This document shows, piece after piece, positions 21,774 to 33,947 of a stretch of 64,000 nucleotides of DNA. The stretch lies in NCBI GenBank assembly GCA_965649825.1, contig OZ287713.1, forward strand, positions 341,587-405,586. Direction: 5' to 3'. The DNA comes from Penicillus capitatus. Lineage: Eukaryota > Plantae > Chlorophyta. The translations under genes were made by a program, and so were the position numbers. The notes beneath the pieces were generated by a model. That model saw nothing but the letters and a program-made list of their open reading frames with translations, was not told the DNA's origin and searched no databases. How positions within the stretch are numbered: position 1 is the stretch's first letter; every line of letters begins with the position of its first letter.

Positions 21774-24640
21774 ATGATGCGTCAACGACACCAAGCGGCT
21801 CGCCGCGTCGTTTCGCCGGACAAACCGCCGTCTGTTGCCAAACCCTCGACGCCGCCGACCAAAGGGCCCTTCTGGATCACATGGGGGCTCTTTACAGCGG
21901 CAATGGTACATATGCGTTCTGTCGGCGATGGGTGAGGCGCGTTGAAGGTGGCTGTGATATGGTACTGGATCTATTGGACCCCACCACCGCTCACTCGTGA
22001 CGCACCGATGGATGTCTTCTCCGAGCAACGCGCGTTGGAACACGTTCGGGTCTTGAGCGACGAGATCGGACACCGTCAGGTCTACTGATCACGCGGCATT
22101 ATGGTGTTTGACTGTGTGGCAGGTCTCGACGCAAGGTCTGCGAGAAGCTGCTGAGTATCTGCTACGTGAGTGTCAATCTCTGGTCGACTTGGCACATAGA
22201 CGTCCGGACTTGGAAGCGACGGTCTGCTCCCATATGGCGTCGGATGGTGATCGAGATGGCGTGAGATGTAGGTGGATGTGGAGCGAGTGTCCGGTGCAAT
22301 CGTGGACAAAATCTTTAAGAAGCATCTGATCAATGTCTACCGTCATCTGACGAATGTGGTGCTCTTCGTGGGACCCAAAGAGGCAAGCAACAGATCAGCT
22401 GTTCTGATCAATGCACACTACGATAGCGCCTTGGGTTCTCCTGGAGCAGCCGATTGCGCATCCTGTGTGGGCGTGGGACTTGAAGTTGTACGGACATTGA
22501 TTGAACGTAAAGAGCCGTTGTCGCGTCCAATTGTGTTGCTCCTGAATGGAGGCGAAGAGACACTGTTACAGGCAGAGAGGTATAGGATCCAGAGATGATG
22601 TGACAGCTATGGTGTCTGCTAGGCAGCGCATGGGTTCGTAACGCAGAGTGCCTGGCGCGATCGTATCGGAAGCTTTATCAACGTGGAATCGACGGGATCT
22701 GGCGGCGGGCCAATGCTCTTTCAGTTCACAGGCAGTTGGACACTGCGAGCCTACGCCTCGAGCGTTCCTTTTCCCAGAGGCGTCGTCTTGGCACAGGAGT
22801 TCTTTGAGTCGAGGATCATTCCGGCGGACACCGATTTTCGTATGCTCTCTTCGGCGCATCACGGTGCGTATCCCGGTGTCGATATCGCTACGATTTTGGA
22901 CGCGACGGCTTATCACACCGATCGAGACACCTTCTCGCGCCTCAAGACGGGACCCACACAAGTGCCCATTCCTCATGCGGATGCATTCTCCCAAGACATG
23001 TATGCGATTAGGAGTTTGGCAATGCGATTGTGGCATTGACATTGAAGATGATGGAGATGCTTGAGATGCATGACAGTGACAGCTCCGATGCGAAATGGGT
23101 CTTTGCCGATGCCAGTCATTTCGTAATGGTGCTCTATTCCATTCAAACAGCCAAGTGGATTCATGGTCTGCCATTCCTCCTGATCTCAATTGCCTTTTTG
23201 CTGGCATCGAAGAAAATGCGTTTCTTAGTGACAGCCGTCGTCAGTGTCTTGCAGCATATGCTGTCACTCATACTGGCTCTCGCTCTTCCGGTGCTCTCCG
23301 GAGCGACACGTGTGCTTCTCTCAGGTACAATGGCTGTCGATGCAAAACCTCTCTGCAAAACCGCATTCTAGGTCGACCCGTGACATGGTTTTCGCATCAT
23401 CTGGCGGCTTTTGCCTTTTACTGGCCCATATCTGCGGCTGGATTCATGATCCCTCACGGCCAAGATGGACACCCAGAACACGTCGCCTCGCGATTTGCTG
23501 GGGTCAGTCTGATGACAGGGACACTGGCCTGGACACTCACCTTTGCGAACATCGGCTCATCCATCATTCCCTTCGCTGTATCCCTCAGCACCTCCATTGC
23601 CTGTCTCGCCATCGTCTGCCGTCAGAAACTGGACATGACCATGCTCTTGACACTGCTCTCTGGATGCATCTCTTTCTCTGCTTCACTGCTCTTGGTGTTG
23701 ATCCGACATATCATGGAGAAGATCAGCATTGCTGGTGGTCGGCGATCCGCTTTGGGCTTTCTGATTCCGGATAGCGTCATCGGTGGGTTAAACGGTTTTC
23801 TCGTCTTCTTTGTCCTACTTCCTCTTTCTCCTTTGCTTACCACTCGATGGCAGTCACATTCCAAGAGTCGGCTGATCAAAGGTCTGTTGGCTGGAGGACT
23901 GGTGGCGGGTATCGCCTCCAGCTTTCTCTTTCCGTATTCTCTGCAGCATCCCAAGAGAATCTTCCTGAACCATCTGTGCCGACAGCAGTCAGACGGAAGC
24001 TGCATTTCTGTATGGTCCGTTGCTGCGTGGGATGTGACATCTCTCGACATAACGTTGCCCGATTCTCTCAAGGCCCAGACTCCAATCGCCACAGATCCAC
24101 TCGATTGGACAAGCGTCACGCCATTCAATCGCCTTGTCGCCGATATGGCCTTCAAAGGTCCACCATTTCCAGAAGAGGGTCCCTGGGGTACCTACCATCC
24201 CCGTCTGGAGCTCATCCAGCAGTGGCATAACGCTGAGGAAGGCAGCAGGACATTGGAATTTGCGTTAAAATGGGAGAAGCCAGGATGGGGAGCGATGAAC
24301 ATCACCGGTCCAATTCGCAACTGGTCACTTGCTGATCCCAGCGGCATTCAGGTCCTATCCCTGTTTTCTGATCCACGACAACATCGTATGCATCTGTTCG
24401 ATGCAGGCGGAGCAAAACACCATTCGTTTCGCCCAAGATGCCGACGATCCGATATGGTCTTTCTGGATAGAGGCGGAGACGAAGGAGGCGCTGGTTTTGG
24501 AGATTGGTGTGTACTATCCCACGCCATCGGTACAGGTGACCTCTCTGGCCAAGCAGTTCCCTCCGTGGACGACTGTGGTCAGCGGAACATCTTTTGTCAC
24601 TCGCTTTTCTTTTCCTCCTCTATCTGCAACGCACATGTAA
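21774..24640 (+). CDS. M28 family ER membrane metallopeptidase (ERMP1/Fxna-like); ~7 introns
   Basis: FSEQRALEHV..L..EIGHR, LINAHYDS..GSPGAADCASCV, LLNGGEE, INVESTGSGG, IPADTDFR, YHTDRD, followed by multiple TM segments. Confidence 0.92.
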
Positions 24641-24703
24641 CGACTCGATGGTCCTTCTGTGAATAGACACACCATCGCATTGACTTCACGATAACTAGAA
24701 AGA

Positions 24704-25152
24704 CTATTCCGACTTTAACGATCTACTGAAATCGAACAAATCAGCATCGTGACCCATCGCCAGGGGGAAGCCACGCACTGAGCAATTGGAGGTTGAAACG
24801 CAGTTGAGCAGGACTTGTGGTGAGAGGGCTCGATCGGGATGCGACCCTGGATTCGAGATTTTTAGTCGGTCCGACAGAGCGACGACCGTCGACAGCGCCC
24901 AGCTCGCTCGACAATAGCTGCCGCCAAATGGCATTCCTCATGACCGTGATGCCGATGATGGCCTTACCTTGGGGCATGCTCATTCTGCACACGCGTCAAG
25001 AAACTCTCTCCGGCGACATCTCCCCAGAACCAGGCCTCGGGGAGGGCCGCTTCCGCGGCATCTGACGATGGGTGCTCAACGGCCGCCCGCGCCAGGGACA
25101 GCGAGAAGAGGACAACGAGGCAACAGCCGAACCTGGAATCCGCGAGCATCAT
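24704..25152 (-). pseudogene. Truncated cathepsin Z-like paralog (signal peptide plus the first third of an inactive papain domain)
   Basis: MMLADSRFGCCLVVLFSLSLARA, LPEAWFWGDVAGESFLTRVQNEHAP|SYCRASWALSTVVALSDRLKI..LSPQVLLNC, then terminates against the 3' end of the M28 gene. Confidence 0.7.
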
Positions 25153-25405
25153 TTTGTCATTAGCCCGTCGACCCGCGGATCGTTGAATCTGGTCGTCTCC
25201 GTCCCGACGAGGCCGAAGCATCGGGGATGAACGCTCTCCGGCACGACATGGGCCGAGAGCCGGCCATTTGTCGACGCTCCGGAGTGTGGGGTGCCTCCGA
25301 CCGTCTACGGTTTGCGTACGCGACCGAGTCGTCCGTACGCCGTCGCCTACGGTTCACATACGGTAACAGCAGCTGCGTTGGCATTCTCGATTGCCGGGTG
25401 TTTCC

Positions 25406-26247
25406 ATGCAGCTCGACGACCAGCGCTCAGAGCGTCAGCAACTCGTTTTCCTCGATGTCGGTGGCACGTCCTTCAGGATATGCCGAACGACATTGGCACG
25501 TTACCCCGAATCCCTCCTCGCCAAAATGGCCGAAGAGTTTCCGAACCTCGTCGAGAATCGGGAAGACCTGTACATCGACCGAAGCCCAGTAGCCTTTCCT
25601 TGGATACAAGAGATCTACAGGCAATGCCGCACTCCCTCCGACACCATGTCTACTGTCACTGCAGGGACGGCAACTACAGAGGCGTCATTCCTGATTTGCC
25701 GAAGGAGCTGCTACAGAAGGAACTGGATTTCTATCAGCTGCCTGGATTCTCGGAGCTCTTTGGCGAGAAGGACACAGCGAATCTGGGGCTGCTGCATCGC
25801 GATGCCTATGCGGAGCAGTTGATGAACAACATTCTCCGGGAAATCGAGACGTCGGGTCTAAGGGACTTCTTCCCGTGGACGATTCTGATCTACCACAAGA
25901 TCGTGGACGGGAAACTGGATCCCACTCAGCGCGTCTACGTCTCGCCGCCGCTGCCGATCTCTGACGCAGACTACATCGCCAAAGGCGGTCACCAGGCCTT
26001 TGACAGCGCTCTGCAGATGGAAGGCGATCGGTGTCCTCGGCAGGCGTTCGGAGAGCGCTCGAAACTGTCGCCGTTTAATCAGAACGTCGCGTTTCTCATA
26101 TGGAAGAAGGGCTACGCGTTCATCGAACTGCTGGAGGCGCAGGCTGAGAAGTACGGAATGGAGTTGGAAGAAGCCAAAGCGGCGACGTTCTGCCTGTCGA
26201 ACGGCAAAATGGTTTATGGGCATTTTATTCTGGATTATAAAGCCTGA
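25406..26247 (+). CDS. BTB/POZ (KCTD/T1-like) domain protein 1; one GC-AG intron at 25621-25664
   Basis: VFLDVGGTSFRICRTTLARYPESLLAKM..LYIDRSPVAFPWIQEIYR|DG...LLQKELDFYQLP. Confidence 0.9.
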
Positions 26248-26487
26248 GTCGAAAAGTGTGAGAAGCAATCAGGTGTGTGTGTGTCATGTCGATGAGGACA
26301 GAGTGAGTGATGTTTGTTTGGTCTCTCCTGTGCGGTCCGTTCTCAAAGCGAACTCATTCTTTGCGTTGTAACATTGGCCAGGCCTGCTGTGTGATTCCGC
26401 ATGTGTGTCCGCGCGTCCTCGTCCAGTGCGAACGCACAAGATGCTTTCTGCGCTTTTAAAGGCACGGACTGCCGTCTGCATACATGT

Positions 26488-27081
26488 CTAGCGGCGAAGG
26501 CGACAGGGAGAGGGCGGACTCCTGGAACGGTGTCGACGGCCTTGGCTTGGTGGCATCTTGCCAGAGAGACGTCGACGGTTGGACGCAGACGTCACGCGAT
26601 CGTCGTTCCGATGACGATTCCGGCATCTCGCCGGAGAAAGCCGCCGATCGTCCGCGACGAGAGACGTGGATGCGCGCTGCTCTTGAAGACGGGAGCGATT
26701 CTCGGCAATCGGCGACCGGAACAGACCTATTCGCTCCGCGTGGCGAAGCAGCTGATCGAGATTCTCAAACTGATGAAGGTCCTGCAGCTCTTGGATCTTC
26801 TCCCACGCCGAATCCCACGTCTTCACCAGCTTCTCTTCTTCACGGGCAGAGAAAGGATCGTCGAATGCACAGGTGTTGGACGTGGATCGGATGAGAAAGT
26901 AGGGAAAGGTCTTACGGAGGACCGTCGCGATCGGATCGCAGCTTTCTTCTTCAGGTTCCGCGTTCGGCAGCCTCCATCCTTTGTCTGGCAACTTGGTTTC
27001 TGCGGCAAAGCTGTTCCAGTTGTCACAGAGGTCTCGATAGATCGAACGCTTGACGCATTCGAGGTGTCTCGTTAGGGACAC
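26488..27081 (-). CDS. Hypothetical protein
   Basis: 197-codon ORF with natural composition in its first half (REEEKLVKTWDSAWEKIQELQDL). Start codon uncertain. Confidence 0.4.
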   Translation of the reverse strand: MSLTRHLECVKRSIYRDLCDNWNSFAAETKLPDKGWRLPNAEPEEESCDPIATVLRKTFPYFLIRSTSNTCAFDDPFSAREEEKLVKTWDSAWEKIQELQDLHQFENLDQLLRHAERIGLFRSPIAENRSRLQEQRASTSLVADDRRLSPARCRNRHRNDDRVTSASNRRRLSGKMPPSQGRRHRSRSPPSPCRLRR

Positions 27082-27261
27082 GATCTTTACATAGGGGTCC
27101 TCAAACGGCGCCGAGATGTCCTACTTTGTCGTTCATGCAGCAACGGCGAAAGCAAAGGTCGCCAAGGGAAGGGACGCGTGGTCAGATGGAGCGAGACGCC
27201 TCGATGGAACATCGATCGATGCACACGACTGGCATACGTCATCGTGATTCGATCGTCTTCG

Positions 27262-28365
27262 ATGGAGCTGCTCGTGCATCTCGTCGTTCTGGTGGGTTAC
27301 TCTTGCTGCATCGCCAGCGTTGCATGGCGAATCGCTCGATATATCGAACCGGGACGATGGCGACTCCTCGCCTTCAGTCCTCTCTTTGTCGCGAACATCA
27401 TTCCGTCGATGCTTTTCTGTCGAGAACGCGGTCTCGAGGCGATTCTGTATTACTACGCTGTGACGAACTACCTCTGGCTCGTGAACTGCAAGCTCTTGGC
27501 CTTGGCGCTGAACCGTGGGCCCGTCGCGATGTATCGCGATCAGCCAGGAATGTTCGCATGGCTGCTCGTGTTTCCGATCAACGTCGCGTCACATCATGCA
27601 GCAAAGAACTGCGTCGATCACTCACTCCAGGCTATGCTCCAGCGGCTGGCTGCAACGGCACTCGGACGAGCAATCGTCGAATGTGTGATGGAGAGTGAGA
27701 TTTAGGTACTGGGGTGTGTTCTGTTCGCTCGTGCGGCGGTATCGTTCTGGGATTATGGTTGGGTACGCGATTTCGCTCTGAGTTGGTTGATGTACTTTCT
27801 CCTCGCCTCTGTGATGGAAGTGGCGGCGAGCTTCTCTTGGATGGTGATGGGACTCGAGTTGATGCCGCACTTCGATCGGCCGTGGCTGACAACGTCGATC
27901 TCCGAGTTCTGGTCCGCCCGATGGAACCTCGTCATCGGCGGGCTGCTGCGCGATCTCGTCTACGATCCGATTCTGGAAGGCCATCCCGTAAAAACGGAGG
28001 CCAAGATGCGCAAATCGCACAATCCACTGCGCCAAACGGCGGCTGTTCTGTGCACGTTCCTCGCGAGTGGAGTGATGCACTGGGCTGTGATCTACTACAT
28101 TGTCCGCCGGCATGCCTTGTACAATCTAGCTTCGTTCTGTATTCATGGCGTCGTGGTGATCGCGGAGCGGCTTTTGTGCGGGACGATGCGGCATCACGCA
28201 CCGACAAAGGCGCGATGGAACGCCGTTCCGTTGCCGATCAAGGCCTTCATCTCCCAGTGTTTGCTGCACGGCATTGCGCACAAGTTCTTCTGGAAGGATC
28301 TGGTTCTGTGCAAGGAGACGCGGCAACTGGCGACGGCACTGGACGTCGCGAATGTGCGTTTCTGA
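27262..28365 (+). CDS. Wax synthase / MBOAT_2 O-acyltransferase; 1 intron
   Basis: LWLVNCKLLALALNRGP, LELMPHFDRPWLTTSISEFWSARWNL, FLASGVMH (catalytic His), FCIHGVVVIAE. Confidence 0.92.
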
Positions 28366-28427
28366 CAGTTTGTGGGGAAGAGAACTTAAATGTGTCGTCA
28401 ACACTTTGTCGAACGCACAGTGTAACA

Positions 28428-29482
28428 CTACCATTGAATCTCGCTCCCGTCCCAGGCGAAGAATCGCCCGTTTGCACTGAGATCGGCACTCTCGATGATT
28501 CTGAGCAGCTGCTCTACGGCGCGTTCCCGGCTGAAGAGCTTCCCGGAAGGCACGTTCTGCATCACACCCATACGGTCCTGTCGGAGAGGGGATGGGATCG
28601 CACTCGCTGAAAGGGACGTGACATGTCGGTGTCGACCGTGCCTGGGTGCAGCAGGAGGCAGGCAACGTTCTTCTTCCTGTTGGCCAGTTCGATGGAAAAG
28701 CACTTGGTCAACTGGTTGAGGGCGCATTTGCTGGCGCGGTAAGACATCCAACCTCCCAGTGCGTTGTCGCCGATGCTGCTCACTCTGTCGCACACCTCTG
28801 TGAAAGGGCGGCGATCTGACGGGCAGATTGAAACCGAGCGCTCATGTTGGCGATGATCGCCGGACGCAGCGAAGTGGCGCCTCCGTGCGTTTCAGCGCGG
28901 AGCAGGAGTTCCATGAAGTGCTTCATCACCAGGGCGGGCCCGATGGCGTTCACTTGCATGCTCTGCACCAGGTTGTCAAACGACAGATCCTTGTACGTCT
29001 TCTCTGCAGCATCGATCTCTGAGACTGTTTTCTCCGCAGGCCTCACCTGGTTTCAGTCCCTCGGGGGAGTGCAGCACTCCGGCAACGTTGATCAAGAGAT
29101 TCAAGTGCTCCGTGTGCTCCTGCACCTTCTCTCGCGCAGCCTGGGAGCGAACAGATCGGATCGGAGATAGGAACAGAGGACGTTGACGGCAATGGAATGT
29201 TCGTCCGTGCAGTCCATCGCCACGACGAAGCACCGATCGGGATGTCGGTCGCGAAGGCTCTGCAGAGCACTCGTCTCCGGAGCCCGACGACTCGTGGCGA
29301 TCACCCTGAGTCAAGATCGCACTGGCCGAATCTCACGGGAGCTAGTCGAACGTGAAATCGGGTTTTTGGAGGAGTTGGCGGACGTACTCGAGGCCGATGC
29401 CGCGCGAGGCTCCCTGAACCAAAGCAACCCGTCGCCATGACACATTCGACGCCAAAATCGAGCCAAATCGCAGTCCCTTCAT
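28428..29482 (-). CDS. Short-chain dehydrogenase/reductase, CsgA/C-factor-like; 4 introns
   Basis: VALVQGASRGIGLEYVRQLL, LLINVAGVLH, VNAIGP, IANMSAR|VSSIGDN..GGWMSYRASKCALNQ (YxxxK), LLHPGTVDTDMS, GRFFAWDGSEIQW*. Confidence 0.93.
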
Positions 29483-30104
29483 CTCTTCGATCGGCCTTCG
29501 ATTCCTCCGGCAGAGTCGACCTTAATCCAAATCCCCTCGCCTTCGATCGACTTCGATTCTCTCGAATCGTGAAGACCATCGCACGCCCACGCAAGCGATT
29601 CGTTCGATCGTTCGCTTTACCCTCGTCACGTCACGTTTCCTCTTTCTCACGCTGCAGTCAAGTAGAGATCGATCGATCGGTTGTGAGAGAAAGGGCGAAT
29701 GTCGATAGGAGAGCATCGAATGGAAGGAGAAATCTCTGACGAAACGATTGGCAGACAGTGTTGGTCTTTCGGTGGGACCCATCATCTCGAGTATCGTCGA
29801 TGATTACGATGAGAGTCGCCCCAAGCAGTCAGATCTGCTCCTAGACGCCGACGCCCCGTCTAGGAATCACGGAAAGCGGATCACTCCATGACGACGGCTG
29901 AATAGCGAGATCGCTACGAAAAGAACGGGACAGTGGATCTCTGTGTCGAGGAGGATAACAAATCCGGATCTCTCGTTTCGTAGAGGTTGTCAAAGTATGG
30001 TGCGCCTACGATCTGCAGTTTTGGCAGCATTTCGAGAAGTATGCCCCTGGACAAGAGCGGTCCGCTCATCGATCGCGGTCGACCTTTCATTGGAGTTGGC
30101 GGAC

Positions 30105-30949
30105 ATGGACGAGGGAGGCCCCACTGTGGCCAATGACATTAACCGTCTGTTGTACAAGATTGAACGTTGCATTTCGGACGACGTCTTTCAGGCCACGGAA
30201 ACGCCATAAGACGCTCGGCCAGTGCATGGAACGGACCTTCGCGTTCTTCGTTCGTCAGAGCGGCCGCGCCCGACGTACTGGGCAGCACCTACGCTTCTGT
30301 CTTCTCCGTCAGTTTCCAGGTCTACACCGCACCACCATCGCAGATCTGCCTCCGTCGACAATATCGGCACTTCGGGGATGGCGTCTTGCTTCCCGACAGA
30401 TGTCGTTTTGATGCGTCGATCGGACGAGCAAGTGGCGTTGTAGACGGCTAGGTAGTGCGTCTTTCCTACAAAAGCAAGAATGCGCGGAGCTCCACATTCG
30501 CCACACCGACACCCAATCGTGTCATTGCATCGATCGATGCGCCTGAATGTATACAAGGAGCGCGGAGAATCTCATGGCGGTGTTGGAACGCGTAGCCCAC
30601 AAGAAGCAGCATTTGACAGGCCGCTGTTTGTTAGACCTGCTTAAATCTAATGATGGCTCGGCTGTTCCAGTGGAAGACAAATCATCGCGCATCTCGGAGT
30701 CAGAGTATGCATAGCTTCCATCCAGGTCATTCGTGGACGGTTTGGTTTTTATTCAGGTGTCCAGCTCGCATCGCTGCCATCGCCACGGAGCAGTCACTGC
30801 GCCGCGAACTCGACAGAATAAAATCGCAATGCGAAGCTCTCCATTGCGAAAACCAACACCTCCAACAACGTAACCAGGACTTGATCGAGGCATACTGGCC
30901 TATCATGATGAAATTGAAAGCATACGAGCATAACACACACCACGAATGA
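30105..30949 (+). CDS. Hypothetical protein with a C-terminal coiled coil (exon structure uncertain)
   Basis: MDEGGPTVANDINRLLYKIERC at the start and LRRELDRIKSQCEALHCENQHLQQRNQDL near the end. Middle exons not resolved. Confidence 0.4.
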
Positions 30950-33900
30950 ATACCGTAAGGCCTTGTGGGCTACCTATTTGGTTTTGTTCTCTTGACCTCA
31001 GTTCGATCGAGATCAAATGTCTGCGATGTTGGTTTTTGCATTGGTGGGTGGAGCATCAGGGCGCTGCTAGAGATCCATAACTGTGACAGACTAAGACTTG
31101 TCCATTCCGTTGTGTGTCCACTTGTACTGGACAGTGTTCATTGAATAGAAGATGTCTAATTAAATACTGTATGGTAGTCAATGCTCGGACAGGCGGCAGT
31201 AGTCTACCATGAATGCAAAATCAACACTGCAGGATGTCACATTGAGCAGAAATCATTCCCTTTTCAATCCTCCCATTTTTCGTTGATCCGTCGTACTTGA
31301 ACGTTTTCTTTTTTGTTTGTTTCAATTTTTTTCGTCCTCTTTGTTCCTTTCGATATCTCCATTGCAGTGCTTGTACTTTTAGTCACTTCAAGTTGTCGCT
31401 GTCCTTGCATAGCTTCTCGATCGCTCTATCAGTTTGCTGATGTTTGCCTCCAATGTCTTTGACGATCTCTCCTGTCAGGTAGCCGAGCTATAGCGGACGT
31501 CATCCAAGAGCTGCTTGTTGGCTAACAGCCGGGGCGTCGATACTCAGCTGTTGTCACACTGTGAAGGGCGAGACCTTGGGTTCTCTGCCTTCGTCGTAGG
31601 ACGGACGCGTGGGAAAGGTGCGTGTGAACGTCGGCCTAACAACCGAATCCGGACCGGATGGCGAGTCGCGAAGGGAATCTCTGTCGGCAATGCGCAGTTA
31701 CATAGCTAGACGAAACGACAGAACAGTTCTCACGTTAAATATCTCGGACCATGGAACGTCAGACCATTACGTAAGCCTCTCGTCTTCTTCACTCCAAGGG
31801 CTCAGCCACTGACTGAATTGTTTGCTGTCGTGGCGCCACGCGAACGGTTTGCACGCTACAGCGACCTCTCGCCAGATGGCTCGAGGCGGAGACTGCGGCA
31901 CTCTTAACAGTACGTTGCAATAGTATTTCGAACTGTGGCGCATACAAGATTCACGACTGTTTACATACTCGGAATGCCACATGACGTGATATATATACGA
32001 ATGGCGATTTTACATGGGATCCGCACATGACATACCGCATGAAGCCACATGACGTGGTGCTTCTCATCGTGCTTCTCATCGTGCTTCATGTCAGGCTCAT
32101 CTTATGTGTGACAAACCTCTCACGAACGTCACACCCACCGTCATTTCGACACCGACACTTGATGCGACAGCTATCGTGTTGATCTTACAAAAATCGAAGT
32201 CATTGGGACATGGCTGGTGATGTCACCCCAGTTCTTCACAGAGTTCCGAGAGTGTGACAAAGCAATGCAGGAGTCGAAACCAGCGTTTGGTATCATAACT
32301 GTCTTGGTAGGAAAGCGTGTGTCTAGGTGTCCTCAATCGGGTCACACACACCGTCCCCCGAAACATTTTTTCCAATTCTGCATCGACATGTCTTTTCAGA
32401 CACACAAAAGTAACGGTCTCGTCGAAATGACGCCCTCTTCTCAAACGGGACGCCCGATCGATCTGTGATGTCGCGCCCGCTATTCATAGTCCCGGCAATG
32501 CCCGATCGGTTTCGAAGGTAAGCCGGCTGGGAAGTTTCTTCGGCGACTGTCTGTGCGTAGCTCTTTATGAAGAGGGATGGATCTTTTGGATCTGCTGGAT
32601 TCCGTTCGAAGGACTAGAAGGAAGAACGCACGCATTTGGGAGAGGTCGGAAAAATGCTGTCTTACGTGAATTTGGCCGAAGCGCGTATGACGATAGATTT
32701 CTCCGTCGGGACACATCGTTGAGCACGTACGAACTCTTGTCGATTTGTTTCAATCAAGTGTGGTTGCGGCGTTGAACTCTATCCGGAGGCAACACGTTAC
32801 GACGAAACGCAGGGGTCGTATCGGTTGGGCCACGACGGTGTACGTTCGCTGGCTTTCGTCCGACGGTGATGTGACCGCCGCCTTTTTACTCTAGGCAATA
32901 GGAGACAAAAGAATGCAACTTTTTGTCGCCGTGCGGTGGAATGGGTTCTTCTCTTGCTTCTGACCGTGCCTCCTCGTTATTGTTTGATGGGGCGCCTTGC
33001 TCACCCTCTCCTCCTAGATGTGCCTCGGAGGGACCGGGGGTTACCACTTCCTCAAGGATTGGGGGGTGTCGACACCGCGGTCTTCAGATCTCCTCCGGGT
33101 GTCGTAGAGGCCCACGTTATGGACGATCCGCTCGGCACCTCGGCGTAGAAGCTCTGAACGTTCTCCTTCTCGAAAACGATTGAGGCTCTCTTGGTATGTG
33201 GGGTATAGGGGGGCGTAAGGCACGAAAGCGCGCGAGATGTTTTGCTCAGCGTCGTCGTCTGCCAGAATGGCCACAAGCGTTGAGATCGAATGTCTTACAA
33301 AGAACAAAACAAAGTCCGTCCTCAGCCTCTTATCCCAGCTAGGCGATGTGACTTTCCTGGGCAGGCGAGTCATCCTACCATCAGAACAAGAGAAAAAGGT
33401 CTCAAATGACTCAACCAGTACCCCCCGACAAGGTGAACCTCCCGTCAACAAGACAAAGTGACTCAACCCGCACCTCCTCACGGGGTGGCCCCATTTCCAA
33501 CAAGACAGACATGCCCTATCGCCAGGCGACACCTTTTTCAAAACTGAACGAGCAACAAACTGTTAACGAATGGCCTCGATTCGTGACCCCTTTCAATGTC
33601 CCCATTAATTGCCACAGCAGTTCGTAACTTTATAGAACGAGCACACGGCTCATAGAAGTTCTTCTCCAGATCGCCAATGTTTTTCTCCTCACAGAAAGGG
33701 GACGTTGTCTATTACTCGTGCACTGGACAGATGTCGTTAAAAGAGAGATCAAAGAAAAGCACAGATGGGTTTTACTTTACAGCCAAAATGACAAAAAATG
33801 TATCGAATCAACTCATCAGCAGGTTGTTTAACGCATCATTGTCGGCCGTCGAGGCGTCTATCCATCCAAATTGCTGCCTTGAGAAAACGCTTGCATTCAA
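30950..33900 (-). pseudogene. Degenerate coding tract: stop-interrupted long frames containing a CCHC zinc knuckle and an alpha/beta-hydrolase-like motif
   Basis: CLSCWKWGHPVRRC at 33470-33511. A long frame at ~33060-32110 has few stops. The frame at 31982-~30930 contains FCIHG...VLVCHSYGS. Confidence 0.4.
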
Positions 33901-33947
33901 CGACTTTGGCGACGAAATCTGCTCACTCTTTTCGCGTACGCTCAGAG

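Noticed and set aside
1010-29482. Lipid/wax biosynthetic gene cluster (DGAT1, FAD4, wax synthase, SDR)
   Set aside because: The genes are 12-14 kb apart with unrelated genes between them, DGAT1 is broken, and the SDR is CsgA-like rather than a fatty acyl reductase.
31221-31385. In-frame TGA codons as selenocysteine or readthrough
   Set aside because: The same frame also has TAA and TAG stops, there is no redox-motif context, and no SECIS was recognised.
31740-31800. Myb/SANT domain of a PIF/Harbinger transposon (PWSEEDERL...PWSEI)
   Set aside because: Only two Trp-spaced fragments interrupted by stops, with no transposase or TIRs nearby. Kept only as part of the unresolved relic.
33560-33640. 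Second zinc knuckle (NCCGN*WGH*KG)
   Set aside because: The frame is dense with stops, and another frame over the same bases looks more protein-like. Probably chance.
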